From Dehalococcoidia bacterium (GTDB taxonomy: Bacteria; Chloroflexota; Dehalococcoidia; Bin125), in NCBI GenBank assembly GCA_963663235.2, contig CAXXNO010000006.1:1-64000 (forward strand): a stretch of 64,000 nucleotides of DNA. The letters run 5' to 3'. The notes under the pieces are model-generated. The model saw only the letters and a program-made list of their open reading frames with translations, did no database searches and was not told the DNA's origin. A program made the translations under genes and the position numbers. Position 1 is the stretch's first letter. Each line of letters begins with the position of its first letter. Positions 46,511 to 60,363 of this stretch are shown one piece after another.

Positions 46511-47631
46511 CCAAACGGGTCATCGCCTGCTTCGATGTGGACCGCGGCCGCGTGGTCAAGGGGATCTCGTTCGTTGACCTCCGCGACGCCGGCGATCCTG
46601 TCGAGATGGCGGAAGTTTACGACCGAGAGGGAGTAGACGAGCTGATCTTTCTCGACATCACCGCCTCGTACGAAGAGCGCGAGACGGTGGTCGAGATGGT
46701 CAGGCGCACGGCGGACCGGATCTTTATCCCGTTCACAGTCGGCGGCGGGATCCGCAGCACCGATGATATGCGGCGTATGTTAGAAGCCGGGGCTGATAAG
46801 ATCGCCATCAACTCGGCCGCCGCAGCGGACCCAAGCTTGGTGAGCGCAGGCGCGGCGCGATTCGGCAGCCAGTGCATCGTGGTCGCCGTCGATGCTAAAA
46901 GGCGGCCGGACGGGAGCTTTGAAGTCTACACGCACGGTGGCCGGCGACCGACCGGTCGGGACGTCGTGGCCTGGGCCGTGGAGGTGGCGGATCGTGGCGC
47001 GGGCGAGATCCTCCTCACCTCGATGGATACCGACGGCCATCAGTCGGGCTACGATCTGCCGATGTTGCGAGCCGTCGTCCAGGCAGTCTCGATTCCGGTT
47101 ATTGCAAGCGGCGGCGCTGGTACGGCACGACATATGATCGACGCGATCGTTCAAGGTCAGGCGGACGCCGTTCTGGCCGCGAGCATCTTCCACTTTGGCA
47201 CTTGTCGTGTCAGCGATGTTAAGCAGGAGATGGCGGCTGCCGGTCTCCCCATGCGATTGGAGCGCCCGACGTACGACGATCTTGAACCGCCTGCGCAGGA
47301 CCTGACATCGGCGCTGCCTCCGCTGAAGTACGACGCGAACGGCCTGATTGCGGCGATCGTACAAAACGACACCACCGATGAGATTTTGATGCTCGGCTAT
47401 ATGGACGAAGAGGCATTGCGCCGCACGCTGGCTACTCGCCTCGTGACGTTCTGGAGCCGCAGCAGGGAAGAGTACTGGACGAAAGGGGAGAGCAGCGGCA
47501 ACGTACTGCGTCTCAAATCGATTCGAAAGGATTGCGACGCCGACGCCCTGCTCGTTCGCTCCGAGCCCGCCGGCCCGACTTGCCACACCGGCGAGATCTC
47601 CTGCTTTCACCGCGGGCTGGCCGACGACTAG
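46504..47631 (+). CDS. hisF: HisF fused to phosphoribosyl-AMP cyclohydrolase HisI
   Basis: [27 protein letters not shown]; then WSRSR..W.KGESSG, DCD.D, CHTG..SCF. Confidence 0.92.
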   Translation: MLTKRVIACFDVDRGRVVKGISFVDLRDAGDPVEMAEVYDREGVDELIFLDITASYEERETVVEMVRRTADRIFIPFTVGGGIRSTDDMRRMLEAGADKIAINSAAAADPSLVSAGAARFGSQCIVVAVDAKRRPDGSFEVYTHGGRRPTGRDVVAWAVEVADRGAGEILLTSMDTDGHQSGYDLPMLRAVVQAVSIPVIASGGAGTARHMIDAIVQGQADAVLAASIFHFGTCRVSDVKQEMAAAGLPMRLERPTYDDLEPPAQDLTSALPPLKYDANGLIAAIVQNDTTDEILMLGYMDEEALRRTLATRLVTFWSRSREEYWTKGESSGNVLRLKSIRKDCDADALLVRSEPAGPTCHTGEISCFHRGLADD

Positions 47632-47638
47632 GCGGCCG

Positions 47639-48580
47639 TCAGCCGCTGGCCGCCACCTCTGGCTCGACGGTTCCTACTTCGGGCGCCGCCTCTGCGGCGA
47701 GCGCCTGCTCCATGGCGCTCACGGCGATGGCGATCTGCGCGTCGTCGGGCTCGCGTGTCGTCAGCGACTGCAGCCACAGGTTGGGTGCAAAGATCCAGCC
47801 GACGGCCCGCTTGTGCCGATAGAAGCCGCCAAGCCGGATCACTTCGTATGCGATCGCCGCAATGACCGGAACCAAGACGATACGGCTTGTGATGCGCCAC
47901 CACATGGGTGGCGTGCCGACCGCCGTGAAGACAAGAATCGCGACAACGGCGACGACGAGCAGGAACGATGTGCCGCAGCGGGGGTGCGCCCGGCTGAAGG
48001 GCCGGATGTTTTCGATGGACAGTTCGCGACCGGCTTCCCAGGCGGCGATCGTTTTGTGCTCCGCGCCGTGATACGCGAAGATCCGCCGCATCTCTGCCAT
48101 CCGGCCAATGAGCCAGAGGTAGCCCAGCAGCAGCGCGAGGCGCAGCACACCTTCCAGGACGACCGCTAGAATGTCCGGCTCGATGCGGCTCTCCAGCCAG
48201 CGGGCCAGGAACACCGGACCGAGAAAGAACACCCCGATGGCCATGGCGAAGGCGATGAAGATTATTAGGCCGCCGAGGAAGCCGGCCCCCGCCTCTTCAT
48301 CCGCCTCGTCCTCCGCGAGCGCCACGTTGTTCGAAAACAGAATGGCCCAAGTGCCCAGGTGGAGCGTCTCCGCGAGCGCGATCACGCCACGGATCAACGG
48401 CAGGCGGGGTGCGCGGCCGGTGTAGCCAGCGTTGAGGGTCTTGCTGCGTGTGGCCAAGCTACCGTCCGGTCGCCGGCAGACGACGGTCGCGTGCCGGGGA
48501 CCGCGGATCATGACTCCTTCGAGTACAGCTTGGCCACCGTAGCCGTGTCGTCGAGGCTTAGCCTGTTGCCGCAGACTCAT
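47639..48580 (-). CDS. DUF1385 domain membrane protein
   Basis: GGQAVLEGVM, YHGAEHK, HPRCGTSF, LTTREP. Confidence 0.9.
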   Translation of the reverse strand: MSLRQQAKPRRHGYGGQAVLEGVMIRGPRHATVVCRRPDGSLATRSKTLNAGYTGRAPRLPLIRGVIALAETLHLGTWAILFSNNVALAEDEADEEAGAGFLGGLIIFIAFAMAIGVFFLGPVFLARWLESRIEPDILAVVLEGVLRLALLLGYLWLIGRMAEMRRIFAYHGAEHKTIAAWEAGRELSIENIRPFSRAHPRCGTSFLLVVAVVAILVFTAVGTPPMWWRITSRIVLVPVIAAIAYEVIRLGGFYRHKRAVGWIFAPNLWLQSLTTREPDDAQIAIAVSAMEQALAAEAAPEVGTVEPEVAASG

Positions 48581-48638
48581 GCACTCAGCATAGGGCGAGG
48601 GACGGGCGTCGGGGAGAGATGGGCGAGGAGGGGCCCGG

Positions 48639-48857
48639 CTATTCGCTCTGTTCGCTCTCCTCGATGCCGTAGCGCCGCCTAAATCGCTCTACACGGCCGG
48701 CGGTGTCCACGATGCGCTGCTCGCCCGTGAAGAACGGGTGACAGACGCTGCAGATCTCGATGCGCATTTCGGGCTTTGTCGCGCGCGTCTCCCAGCGATT
48801 TCCACAGCCGCAGATGATGACGGCGGGTCCGTATTCTGGGTGCGTATCGGCTTTCAT
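48639..48857 (-). CDS. rpmE: 50S ribosomal protein L31 (Zn-binding type)
   Basis: HPEY, CGCG, ICSVCHPFFTG, GRVERF. Confidence 0.96.
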   Translation of the reverse strand: MKADTHPEYGPAVIICGCGNRWETRATKPEMRIEICSVCHPFFTGEQRIVDTAGRVERFRRRYGIEESEQSE

Positions 48858-48876
48858 CGCGATCCTGTTCCGCCGC

Positions 48877-49146
48877 CTATACCTTGACCGGTTCGGGGTT
48901 AACGCTGACCTGCTTGCGCCGCCCCTTGGCGTATGGGTCGAATTTCACATAACCATCGGCGAGTGCGTAGAGAGTGTGGTCGCGTCCGACGGCCACGTTC
49001 CGGCCGGCATGAATGCGGGTGCCTCGCTGCCGCACGATGATTCCGCCTGTGCGCACGCGTTGGCCGTCGTAGAGTTTGACCCCCAGCCGCTTGGATTGGC
49101 TGTCGCGTCCGTTCTTGCTCGAGCCAACGCCTTTCTTGTGGGCCAT
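48877..49146 (-). CDS. rpmA: 50S ribosomal protein L27
   Basis: [20 protein letters not shown]. Confidence 0.98.
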   Translation of the reverse strand: MAHKKGVGSSKNGRDSQSKRLGVKLYDGQRVRTGGIIVRQRGTRIHAGRNVAVGRDHTLYALADGYVKFDPYAKGRRKQVSVNPEPVKV

Positions 49147-49148
49147 CG

Positions 49149-49853
49149 TTAGTCCTCCGTCGATTTCTTCGCGGCCCGTCGGCGGGTCGCGGGAGCTCGT
49201 CGGGATCCGTCCGCCGGCGTTGCTTTTTTCGCGGACGTCGACTTCTTGCGGGCCGAGGTCCCACTCCGCTTCTTCGCCGCGGCTTTCGTCGCCGGCGTCG
49301 ACTTCGGCTTGCTCGATCGTGGCGCGGCGGCCTTAGTGGCCGCTTTCCGTGCCCGACGCGGCTTGGGCGTCTCCTCAACGGCCTCAGGCACCTCTACTGC
49401 CTCCGGCCGCTCGGGTGGTGCCTCCTCCGTAACCCTCTCGGGCGCTGCGGCCGTTTCTGTCGTCGCGCTGGCGCTCTCGACATCCGTCTGCGTGGGCTCC
49501 GCTTTCTCACGCTCCCGTCTGCGGCGACGCTTGGCGATGCCCGGCCCCATAATCTCCTTGATAGCGAGAACGGTGCGCAGCTGCCGGTGCCCCCGCAGGC
49601 GGCGATAGCGGATCTTGGACTTGTATTTGAACACTCGGATCTTGCGGTCGCGTTCTTGGCCGGCGATCTCCGCGACTACTGTCGCCTTGGCAACGCCGGG
49701 CGTTCCGACTGTGACGCCCGCGTCGCCGGCCAGTAACAGGACGTCGGTCAACTCGACGGTGTCGCCGACAGCGCCTGGCAGTCGCTCGACGCGGAGTTGC
49801 TGGCCTGGCTCGACACGATATTGCTTACCGCCGGTGCGGATCACCGCGTACAT
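49149..49853 (-). CDS. rplU: 50S ribosomal protein L21 with long acidic plus Lys/Ala-rich extension
   Basis: [14 protein letters not shown]...GHRQ. Confidence 0.95.
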   Translation of the reverse strand: MYAVIRTGGKQYRVEPGQQLRVERLPGAVGDTVELTDVLLLAGDAGVTVGTPGVAKATVVAEIAGQERDRKIRVFKYKSKIRYRRLRGHRQLRTVLAIKEIMGPGIAKRRRRREREKAEPTQTDVESASATTETAAAPERVTEEAPPERPEAVEVPEAVEETPKPRRARKAATKAAAPRSSKPKSTPATKAAAKKRSGTSARKKSTSAKKATPADGSRRAPATRRRAAKKSTED

Positions 49854-49966
49854 GCTGACTCCCGAGCGCCGGATGGGTGCGCTTCTTGCTCACCGTATGG
49901 CTGTGGCTTGCGGCCGGTCAAGCAAGACGGCGACCAACGGCATCGCCCGCCGCAGGGCGCAGCCGG

Positions 49967-51967
<2,001 letters not shown>

Positions 51968-52230
51968 GGCCTGTTCCCTTCTCTCGCAAAGCGGTATGGA
52001 GCGAGCAGCGCCTTGGCTGCTTCAGCCCTCTAACGATGCTCGCACCCCGTACCGGATCCAATATACCAGCCGGGCGTCCCGCTGAGAGGGTCGGTCGCCC
52101 CCCGCTTGGGAGGCGATGTCCAGGCGGCCTCCCTGACAGAGTCCAGCCCCGCGGCTACAGTGTCCGACAGGACGAAAGGGCGCGTCCGAGGCAGACTGGC
52201 CCCGCCGCGCTGGGCGGAGGATGCGGAGCG

Positions 52231-52896
52231 TTGACCGGCCTCAAGCCCAGCCGACGGATGGAGGCGGCGCTGTGGCGCGCCGGTTTCAGGGCCGTCGCCG
52301 GTGTCGATGAGGTCGGCCGTGGCGCACTCGCTGGTCCTCTGGTGGCTGGCGCCGTGATCCTGGGGCCGGGGGGTCTGACTGCCGGCCTCACCGGTCTGCG
52401 CGACAGCAAACAACTGACGCCAGCGCAACGCTCCGCACTCGTCCCGGCGATCACGTCAGGCGCACTGGCCTGGGGCCTTGGCTTGGCCGCTGCTACCGAG
52501 GTCGACTCGTTGGGGGTCGCGTACGCCACCCGCCTGGCTATGCGGCGCGCGCTTGCGGCCTGCGCCATCGAACCCGATTTTGCGCTAGTGGACGGTAACG
52601 ACCGCCAGCCGTTTCCCTGTCCCCATCGATCGATCATCGGCGGGGACGGCCGCGTGACCAGCATTGCCGCGGCGTCCGTGCTTGCCAAGGTGTTCCGGGA
52701 TGATTGGATGCTGTCCCTGGACGAGGAGTTCTCAGTGTACGGCTTTGCATCCAACAAGGGCTATGGCACGCCGGTGCACCTGGGCGCACTCGGGCGCTGC
52801 GGCCCCTGTCCGCAGCATCGCTACTCGTTCGCGCCCGTGCGCGCCGCGGGCGGTGGCGGCCCGACCCGCCAGGTGGCGGCTTCCCGCGTGCGGTGA
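52231..52896 (+). CDS. rnhB: Ribonuclease HII
   Basis: GVDEVGRG.LAGP, DSK, VDG, IAAASVLAK, KGYGT; start uncertain. Confidence 0.93.
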   Translation: MTGLKPSRRMEAALWRAGFRAVAGVDEVGRGALAGPLVAGAVILGPGGLTAGLTGLRDSKQLTPAQRSALVPAITSGALAWGLGLAAATEVDSLGVAYATRLAMRRALAACAIEPDFALVDGNDRQPFPCPHRSIIGGDGRVTSIAAASVLAKVFRDDWMLSLDEEFSVYGFASNKGYGTPVHLGALGRCGPCPQHRYSFAPVRAAGGGGPTRQVAASRVR

Positions 52897-53264
52897 GCGA
52901 CCGACGTCGCGCGCTGGGGGCGATCGGTGAGCAGGTGGCGGCTCAACATCTCGAATCCAAGGGTTACACGATTGTTGACCGCAACGTGCGCGGGGGCCAC
53001 GGGGAGATCGATATCGTGGCCCGCTCGCCGGACGGCGTGTTGGCCTTTGTGGAGGTGCGAACCCGGTCCGTGCCGGGCGGTCTCGCCGCCGCGGCGGAAT
53101 CGCTGACGCCGTCCAAGCGGCGACGGATGGCCGAACTTGCCGCAGCCTACCTGGCGGAACGGGCGCCCGATGCCTCTGCGCGCATCGACGTGGTGACCAT
53201 TGCGGTGGCTGGAGATGGCCGGATCGTCGCCATCGAGCACATCGAGAATGCGGTCGAGAATTGA
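52893..53264 (+). CDS. YraN family endonuclease-like protein
   Basis: G..GE..A..HL..KGY, GEIDIVA, FVEVRTR, RIDV; GTGA overlap with rnhB. Confidence 0.9.
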   Translation: MSDRRRALGAIGEQVAAQHLESKGYTIVDRNVRGGHGEIDIVARSPDGVLAFVEVRTRSVPGGLAAAAESLTPSKRRRMAELAAAYLAERAPDASARIDVVTIAVAGDGRIVAIEHIENAVEN

Positions 53265-53335
53265 CCAGTCCTGCACGTTGAGCGTGGTTCGCTCGGCGCG
53301 AATTCGTACTCGGCGCAGCCTTCCACCATCGTGCT

Positions 53336-53812
53336 GTGCCCGTCTACGAATATCGCTGTTCTACATGAACCAGGCTGCTGGTGATCTTCGAATGCCGCCG
53401 ATTGGCGGATCTGCAGGAGTCGCCGCCATGTCCGGCGTGCGATTCGCGCCGGATCCAGCCACTGATTTCATGGTTCGCCTTTGCGAGAGGCGCAGAGCCA
53501 GACGAGGCTGACGCCTTCGCGGATATTGATTCCGACGATCCCGAAGGGCTGCAGGGGTACGCTAAACGCCTGACCGCTGCGACTGGACACCGGTATCGGC
53601 CGTGCTTCCATAAGGTCCTCGGAGACGACGGGTTGGACGAGGCGGACGATGGTTACAATTCTAGTACGGAACTCAGTCAGGACCTCGATTTGGTCGGCAG
53701 TGAGTTTCAGCGGGGTAGGCATGCCGGTTTACGAATATCGCTGCACCGACTGTCGCGAGATCACGAGCGTGTTCCGGCGATCGATCGCTGCGACCGAGAC
53801 GGTTGCTTGTGA
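53336..53812 (+). CDS. FmdB-family zinc-ribbon protein with in-frame TGA at codon 11 (selenocysteine candidate or pseudogene)
   Basis: GTG-PVYEYRCST-TGA(53366-53368)-...CPAC...LIS.FA; matches paralog MPVYEYRCTDC. Confidence 0.6.
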
Positions 53813-54065
53813 ACATTGCGGCGGCACCCGAACGGAGCGCGCCATCTCGCGCTTCGCGACGCCGAAGACGGAGCAGCAGGCGCTGGAACAGTACGGCACG
53901 CCACAGCTCGGGGCCGGCCCGGACGCCTATCGCGATCCCCGGCAGATCGGCCGTTGGGTGGAACAGCGCTTCGATGAGATGGGGGTTGAGATGCCGGCGC
54001 AGACGCGCACGATGATCGATGCCGCTCGTGAGGGCGATCTCCCCGATCCCGTCCGGAATCTCTGA
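53721..54065 (+). CDS. FmdB-family zinc-ribbon protein
   Basis: MPVYEYRCTDC...CEHCG...ISRFA. Confidence 0.88.
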   Translation: MPVYEYRCTDCREITSVFRRSIAATETVACEHCGGTRTERAISRFATPKTEQQALEQYGTPQLGAGPDAYRDPRQIGRWVEQRFDEMGVEMPAQTRTMIDAAREGDLPDPVRNL

Positions 54066-54076
54066 CGGCGCCGGCG

Positions 54077-54745
54077 ATGGCGGGGCAGGACACCGGCAAT
54101 ATCTCTCTTGATGAGATCCTGGCGACCATCCGCGAGGACTTGGAGACGAAACACCGAGCTCGTGAGGCGGCGCTGGCGACGTGCCGCGAGGTAATCCGGC
54201 AGGCCTCGCTCTGCATCCGGGCCGTCCACCGACACGAGTTCGATCGCGCGGCAGCGATGCTGGAAGAGACGCACCAACGGACGCGCGCGGCGCAAGAGTT
54301 GCTCGTCGATCACCCTGAGATCTACCATGCTGGATTTCTCCACGACGCCGTTAAGGAGTACGCCGAAGCCGCCCTCACCCTTGCGTTGGTGACCGGGAGG
54401 CCACTGCCTACACCGGCCGAGCTTGATGTCTCGAGCGCGGCGTACCTGCACGGACTTGCCGAAGCCGCGGGCGAACTGCGCCGGTACGTTCTGGACTCCT
54501 TGCGCGATGCCGATCGCACTCGACCAGAGGAGTTGCTGGTCGCAATGGACGAAATCTACGCAGCGCTGGTCACGGTCGACTTCCCTGAGGCGATCACGCA
54601 CGGTCTGCGCCGGAGCACGGACATGGTTCGTGGCGTCACGGAGCGGACCCGCGGCGATCTCACCGTGGCAGCGCTGCAGCGGCAGCTCCACAGAGAGATC
54701 GTCGAGTTGCGCGCACGCCTGGAGCAGCACGGGTCAGGGACGTAA
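54077..54745 (+). CDS. Translin/TRAX-family protein
   Basis: RE..L...R.VIR, KEYAEA, YL.GLAE..GELRR, LRR..D..R. Confidence 0.8.
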   Translation: MAGQDTGNISLDEILATIREDLETKHRAREAALATCREVIRQASLCIRAVHRHEFDRAAAMLEETHQRTRAAQELLVDHPEIYHAGFLHDAVKEYAEAALTLALVTGRPLPTPAELDVSSAAYLHGLAEAAGELRRYVLDSLRDADRTRPEELLVAMDEIYAALVTVDFPEAITHGLRRSTDMVRGVTERTRGDLTVAALQRQLHREIVELRARLEQHGSGT

Positions 54746-54872
54746 CGCGGCCAACGCTTGGCCGGTTGATCGTGGCGATCCGCTCTCGTAGATTAGCGGC
54801 CGTGCTGCTGCGGGGACTCTTGGCGGCGGGTGCGAGTCCGTCGTCTGCGTATCTGTCTCCGATGGAGGCCCG

Positions 54873-56960
<2,088 letters not shown>

Positions 56961-57077
56961 GCGGCGTCCCAGATTCGGGTCGCTCCGCCTATGCGATCTC
57001 CCTCCGGCTGTCGATAACTGAGTTGTGGGTGCCGCTGCGATCGGCTCGATCCGTCGGCCCCACGAAAGGATCGGCGA

Positions 57078-58400
57078 GTGATGACGCTCCCTGATGTGGC
57101 GCCGCCCGTCGAGCGGGCCGTTGAACCGCTGCGGGCGGGCCTGCCCGAGCTCGTGTGCGCCCTCTCGCACGCCCTGGACGCCGCTGAAGGCCGCGAACCG
57201 GGCCATGCGCTGCGCGTGGCCTACGTCTGCCAGCAGCTGACGAGCGAGCTCGGCCTCGATCGCGGGCACCGGCGGGCGGCGCTGTTCGCTGGGCTGCTGC
57301 ACGATATCGGCGTGCCCGCGGTTACGCCTTCCCTAGTCGATGTCCCGCATCTGGACGAGGAGTCCCTCTTCGCCTTCGCTCCGACGAATGGCGTGGAGCT
57401 AGCAGACGTGGCGCCCGCTCATCGAGGCATCGCCGCGCAGGCGTTACGAGCACATCCGACGGCCTCCGCGGACTTTCTCGGCCGCTCTTGGTTTCCGGAA
57501 GCCACGATGCCCGCCGTGCGCGGTCATCACGAAAACTGGGATGGCAGTGGCTACCCGGATGGGTTGGCCGGCGATGCGATCCCTATCCTGGCTCGTGTTC
57601 TCCGCGCCGCTGACCTCTTCGAGAGCGTGGTGGCGAGCGAGGGCAACCCGCTGAGTGCCCGCGCAGGGGTCACCGCTGCGGCGCGGGCTTGGTCGGGCCG
57701 AGAGATCCAGCCGGAGATCGGCGCTGCGTTGGCATGCATCGCGCGCGATGACCACTTCTGGTTGGCTTTCCACGACGAACGCATCGACGCGGCGCTGACA
57801 GCGATGGCGCCAACGAACGGGCTGCGGCCGAGCGGCAAGTTGCTGGCCGGGTTCAGTGAGGCGGTCGCGACGCTCGTCGACGCCAGAGCCAGACATGAGC
57901 CGGGCCGGGCGATGCAAGTGGCCACCCTGGTGCGTGCGATGGCGGAGGCGGTGGAGATATCACCCCAGGAGGTCGCTCGACTCGGATTGGCGACTCTCTG
58001 GGCGGACATTGGGGTGATGGCCGTGCCCAGCCGCATCCTTGGCAAGCCGGACCTGCTCACCGTTGACGAGATGCAACGGATGCGTGCTCACCCTGGCGTC
58101 TCCGGCGAGATCGTCGCCCGGATTCCTGCACTGGCGGAGGCTGCGCCGTGGCTGGCAGCGCACCACGAACGACCAGACGGCAGGGGCTACCCGCGGATGT
58201 TGAGTGATCCGGAGATCCCGTCGGAAGCCCGTATCCTCGCCTTGGCGGATGCGTACGGCGCCATGACCACCCGCCGCCCCTACCGCGAGGCGTTGACCAG
58301 CCCGGATGCTCTCGCGGTGCTCCGGGCTGGCGCCGGGACCCAGTGGGATCCGTTCCTGGCGCGGGTCCTGGCGAACGTGCTGGAGGCGCAAGCCAGCTAG
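57078..58400 (+). CDS. Tandem HD-GYP domain protein
   Basis: [17 protein letters not shown]; second domain [16 protein letters not shown]. Confidence 0.88.
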   Translation: MMTLPDVAPPVERAVEPLRAGLPELVCALSHALDAAEGREPGHALRVAYVCQQLTSELGLDRGHRRAALFAGLLHDIGVPAVTPSLVDVPHLDEESLFAFAPTNGVELADVAPAHRGIAAQALRAHPTASADFLGRSWFPEATMPAVRGHHENWDGSGYPDGLAGDAIPILARVLRAADLFESVVASEGNPLSARAGVTAAARAWSGREIQPEIGAALACIARDDHFWLAFHDERIDAALTAMAPTNGLRPSGKLLAGFSEAVATLVDARARHEPGRAMQVATLVRAMAEAVEISPQEVARLGLATLWADIGVMAVPSRILGKPDLLTVDEMQRMRAHPGVSGEIVARIPALAEAAPWLAAHHERPDGRGYPRMLSDPEIPSEARILALADAYGAMTTRRPYREALTSPDALAVLRAGAGTQWDPFLARVLANVLEAQAS

Positions 58401-58722
58401 ACCTGCTCGGCGCGATCGACCGATTGCACCCGAGGGTTGCCCGCCCCGCCGTACCTCGAATGGCTCCCGCGTGATCCCCACGGAGCTGAGGAGCGGGAGC
58501 GCAGGGACGGGGACGATATCTGTGTGAGCCTCGGTCTTGGCGCGGACGACCGCGACTACTTCATCTACGCGCTCGTCCTCTCCGCCGGACAACAGCGTGG
58601 CGTTCTGGCGGCGGAGGAATCCCCCGAGCTGCCCCGATCGTCACGGAGATTGCCGCCTGAACGCGCGCGTCCACCAGTCGCTCGGAGTCAGCGCCGTCGC
58701 TGACCATCACGATCAGCTTCAC
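58397..58722 (-). pseudogene. Cyclic-di-AMP receptor DarA/PstA (PII-like, DUF970) with at least two frameshifts
   Basis: VKLIVMVS..., GFLRRQNATLLSG.EDERVDEV..., EVRRGG, ...VDRAEQV* across three frames. Confidence 0.75.
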
Positions 58723-58856
58723 GGCTCGTTAGGATTTGGGGGCTCGTTGCGCCGCTGGAGCCGTACTCGCAACGAAGCGTCGGTATCCGCTGCGGCCAAG
58801 CCCGCGATCGTCGAGCTCAGGATCACCCCGAGCAGAAAGCCGATGAGGAAGCGCAC
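58719..58856 (-). CDS. 45-aa single-TM small protein (MRFLIGFLLGVILSSTIAGLAAAD...)
   Basis: Hydrophobic N-terminus; its TGA overlaps the DarA-like GTG (GTGA). Confidence 0.55.
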   Translation of the reverse strand: MRFLIGFLLGVILSSTIAGLAAADTDASLRVRLQRRNEPPNPNEP

Positions 58857-59008
58857 GCCAGGCTCCGTCCGCCTTTCCTCGCACCGTACTCAGGCGATTC
58901 AAAGGGGTCAATCGAGTTGCGCTGAACGATGCGGCCAAGCGTTCGGAGCCTGATTGCCCGCCCCTCCGGCCGCTGATAGCGTGACGGCACTCCGACCTTT
59001 GTCAGCGG

Positions 59009-60346
59009 ATGGCGGGAGGGCACGAGGTGACTGCAGAGACCGCGGTGACCATGGAGACGATCGTCTCACTGGCCAAGCGCCGTGGCTTCATCTTCCCGAG
59101 CAGTGAGATCTACGGTGGCTTCGCTTCCACGTGGGACTACGGGCCGACGGGCGTCGAGTTGAAGCGCAACATTCGCGATGAGTGGTGGCGCAGCATGGTC
59201 CGCGAGCGTGACGACATGGTCGGCCTCGACTCGGCGATCCTCATGGCCCCGCGCATCTGGGAGACGAGCGGCCATGTGGCGAGTTTCAGCGACCCACTGG
59301 TCGATTGTCGCGCTTGCAACCAGCGCTTTCGCGCCGATGATCTTGAGGGTGATGTCTGCCCAAACTGCGGCGCTACAGGAGGTTTCACCGAAGCGCGCCA
59401 GTTCAACCTCATGTTCAGCACGCACGTTGGCCCGGTCGAGGATGAAACCACGCTTGCGTATCTGCGCCCCGAGACGGCTCAGGGGATCTTCGTGAATTTC
59501 GAGAACGTGCTCACATCCACGCGTCGGCGGCTGCCGTTCGGGATCGCACAGCAAGGGAAGGCGTTTCGCAATGAGGTCACGCCGGGGAACTTCATCTTTC
59601 GCACGCGCGAGTTTGAGCAAATGGAGATCGAGTACTTCGTGCTGCCGAAGGATGCGGATGAGTGGTACCGGCGCTGGATCGATATTCGCGAGCGCTGGTA
59701 CGTTGATCTAGGCATCGATCCCGAGAGTCTGCGCCGCCATGTCCACCCGCCGGAGGATCTCTCGCACTATTCCGCGGGGACGACGGATCTCCAGTACCGT
59801 TTCCCCTTCGGCTGGGCGGAGTTGGAGGGCATCGCGAACCGCACGGACTTCGACCTCAAGGCGCACGCCGCGGCGTCTGGACAGCGGCTCGCCTACTTCG
59901 ATCCAGAGAGCGAGCAGCAGGTCGTGCCGTATGTGATCGAACCGTCCGCAGGAGTGGATCGGGCGCTGCTGGCATTCCTTGCCGACGCCTACACCGTCGA
60001 GCCCGACGAAAAGGGGGACGCGCGGGTTGTTCTCAAGCTTCACACGCGCCTGGCGCCGGTGAAAGTCGCCGTGCTCCCCCTCAGCCGCAAGGAGCCTCTG
60101 GCTCAAATGGCCCGTGAGGTCTGGGCCTTGGTGCGTTCGGACTGGAGCAGCCAGTACGACGATGCGCAAAGTATCGGACGCCGCTACCGGCGGCAGGACG
60201 AGATCGGCACGCCGTTCTGCGTGACGATCGATTTCGACTCCCTGGAGGACCACGCTGTGACCATCCGCGAGCGCGACACGCAAGCCCAAGTGCGAGTACC
60301 GACGCAGGAATTGGTCGCGGCGCTCCGGGAGCGGATCGACGGCTGA
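59009..60346 (+). CDS. glyQS: Glycine-tRNA ligase (homodimeric type)
   Basis: KRRGF.FPSSEIYGG, LRPETAQG, FRTREFEQME, IGRRYRRQDEIGTP; start may be 59027 or 59051. Confidence 0.96.
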   Translation: MAGGHEVTAETAVTMETIVSLAKRRGFIFPSSEIYGGFASTWDYGPTGVELKRNIRDEWWRSMVRERDDMVGLDSAILMAPRIWETSGHVASFSDPLVDCRACNQRFRADDLEGDVCPNCGATGGFTEARQFNLMFSTHVGPVEDETTLAYLRPETAQGIFVNFENVLTSTRRRLPFGIAQQGKAFRNEVTPGNFIFRTREFEQMEIEYFVLPKDADEWYRRWIDIRERWYVDLGIDPESLRRHVHPPEDLSHYSAGTTDLQYRFPFGWAELEGIANRTDFDLKAHAAASGQRLAYFDPESEQQVVPYVIEPSAGVDRALLAFLADAYTVEPDEKGDARVVLKLHTRLAPVKVAVLPLSRKEPLAQMAREVWALVRSDWSSQYDDAQSIGRRYRRQDEIGTPFCVTIDFDSLEDHAVTIRERDTQAQVRVPTQELVAALRERIDG

Positions 60347-60363
60347 CGGCAGGCATCGAGGCT

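Noticed and set aside
58860-59010. T-box leader for glyQS
   Set aside because: No T-box consensus or terminator recognised
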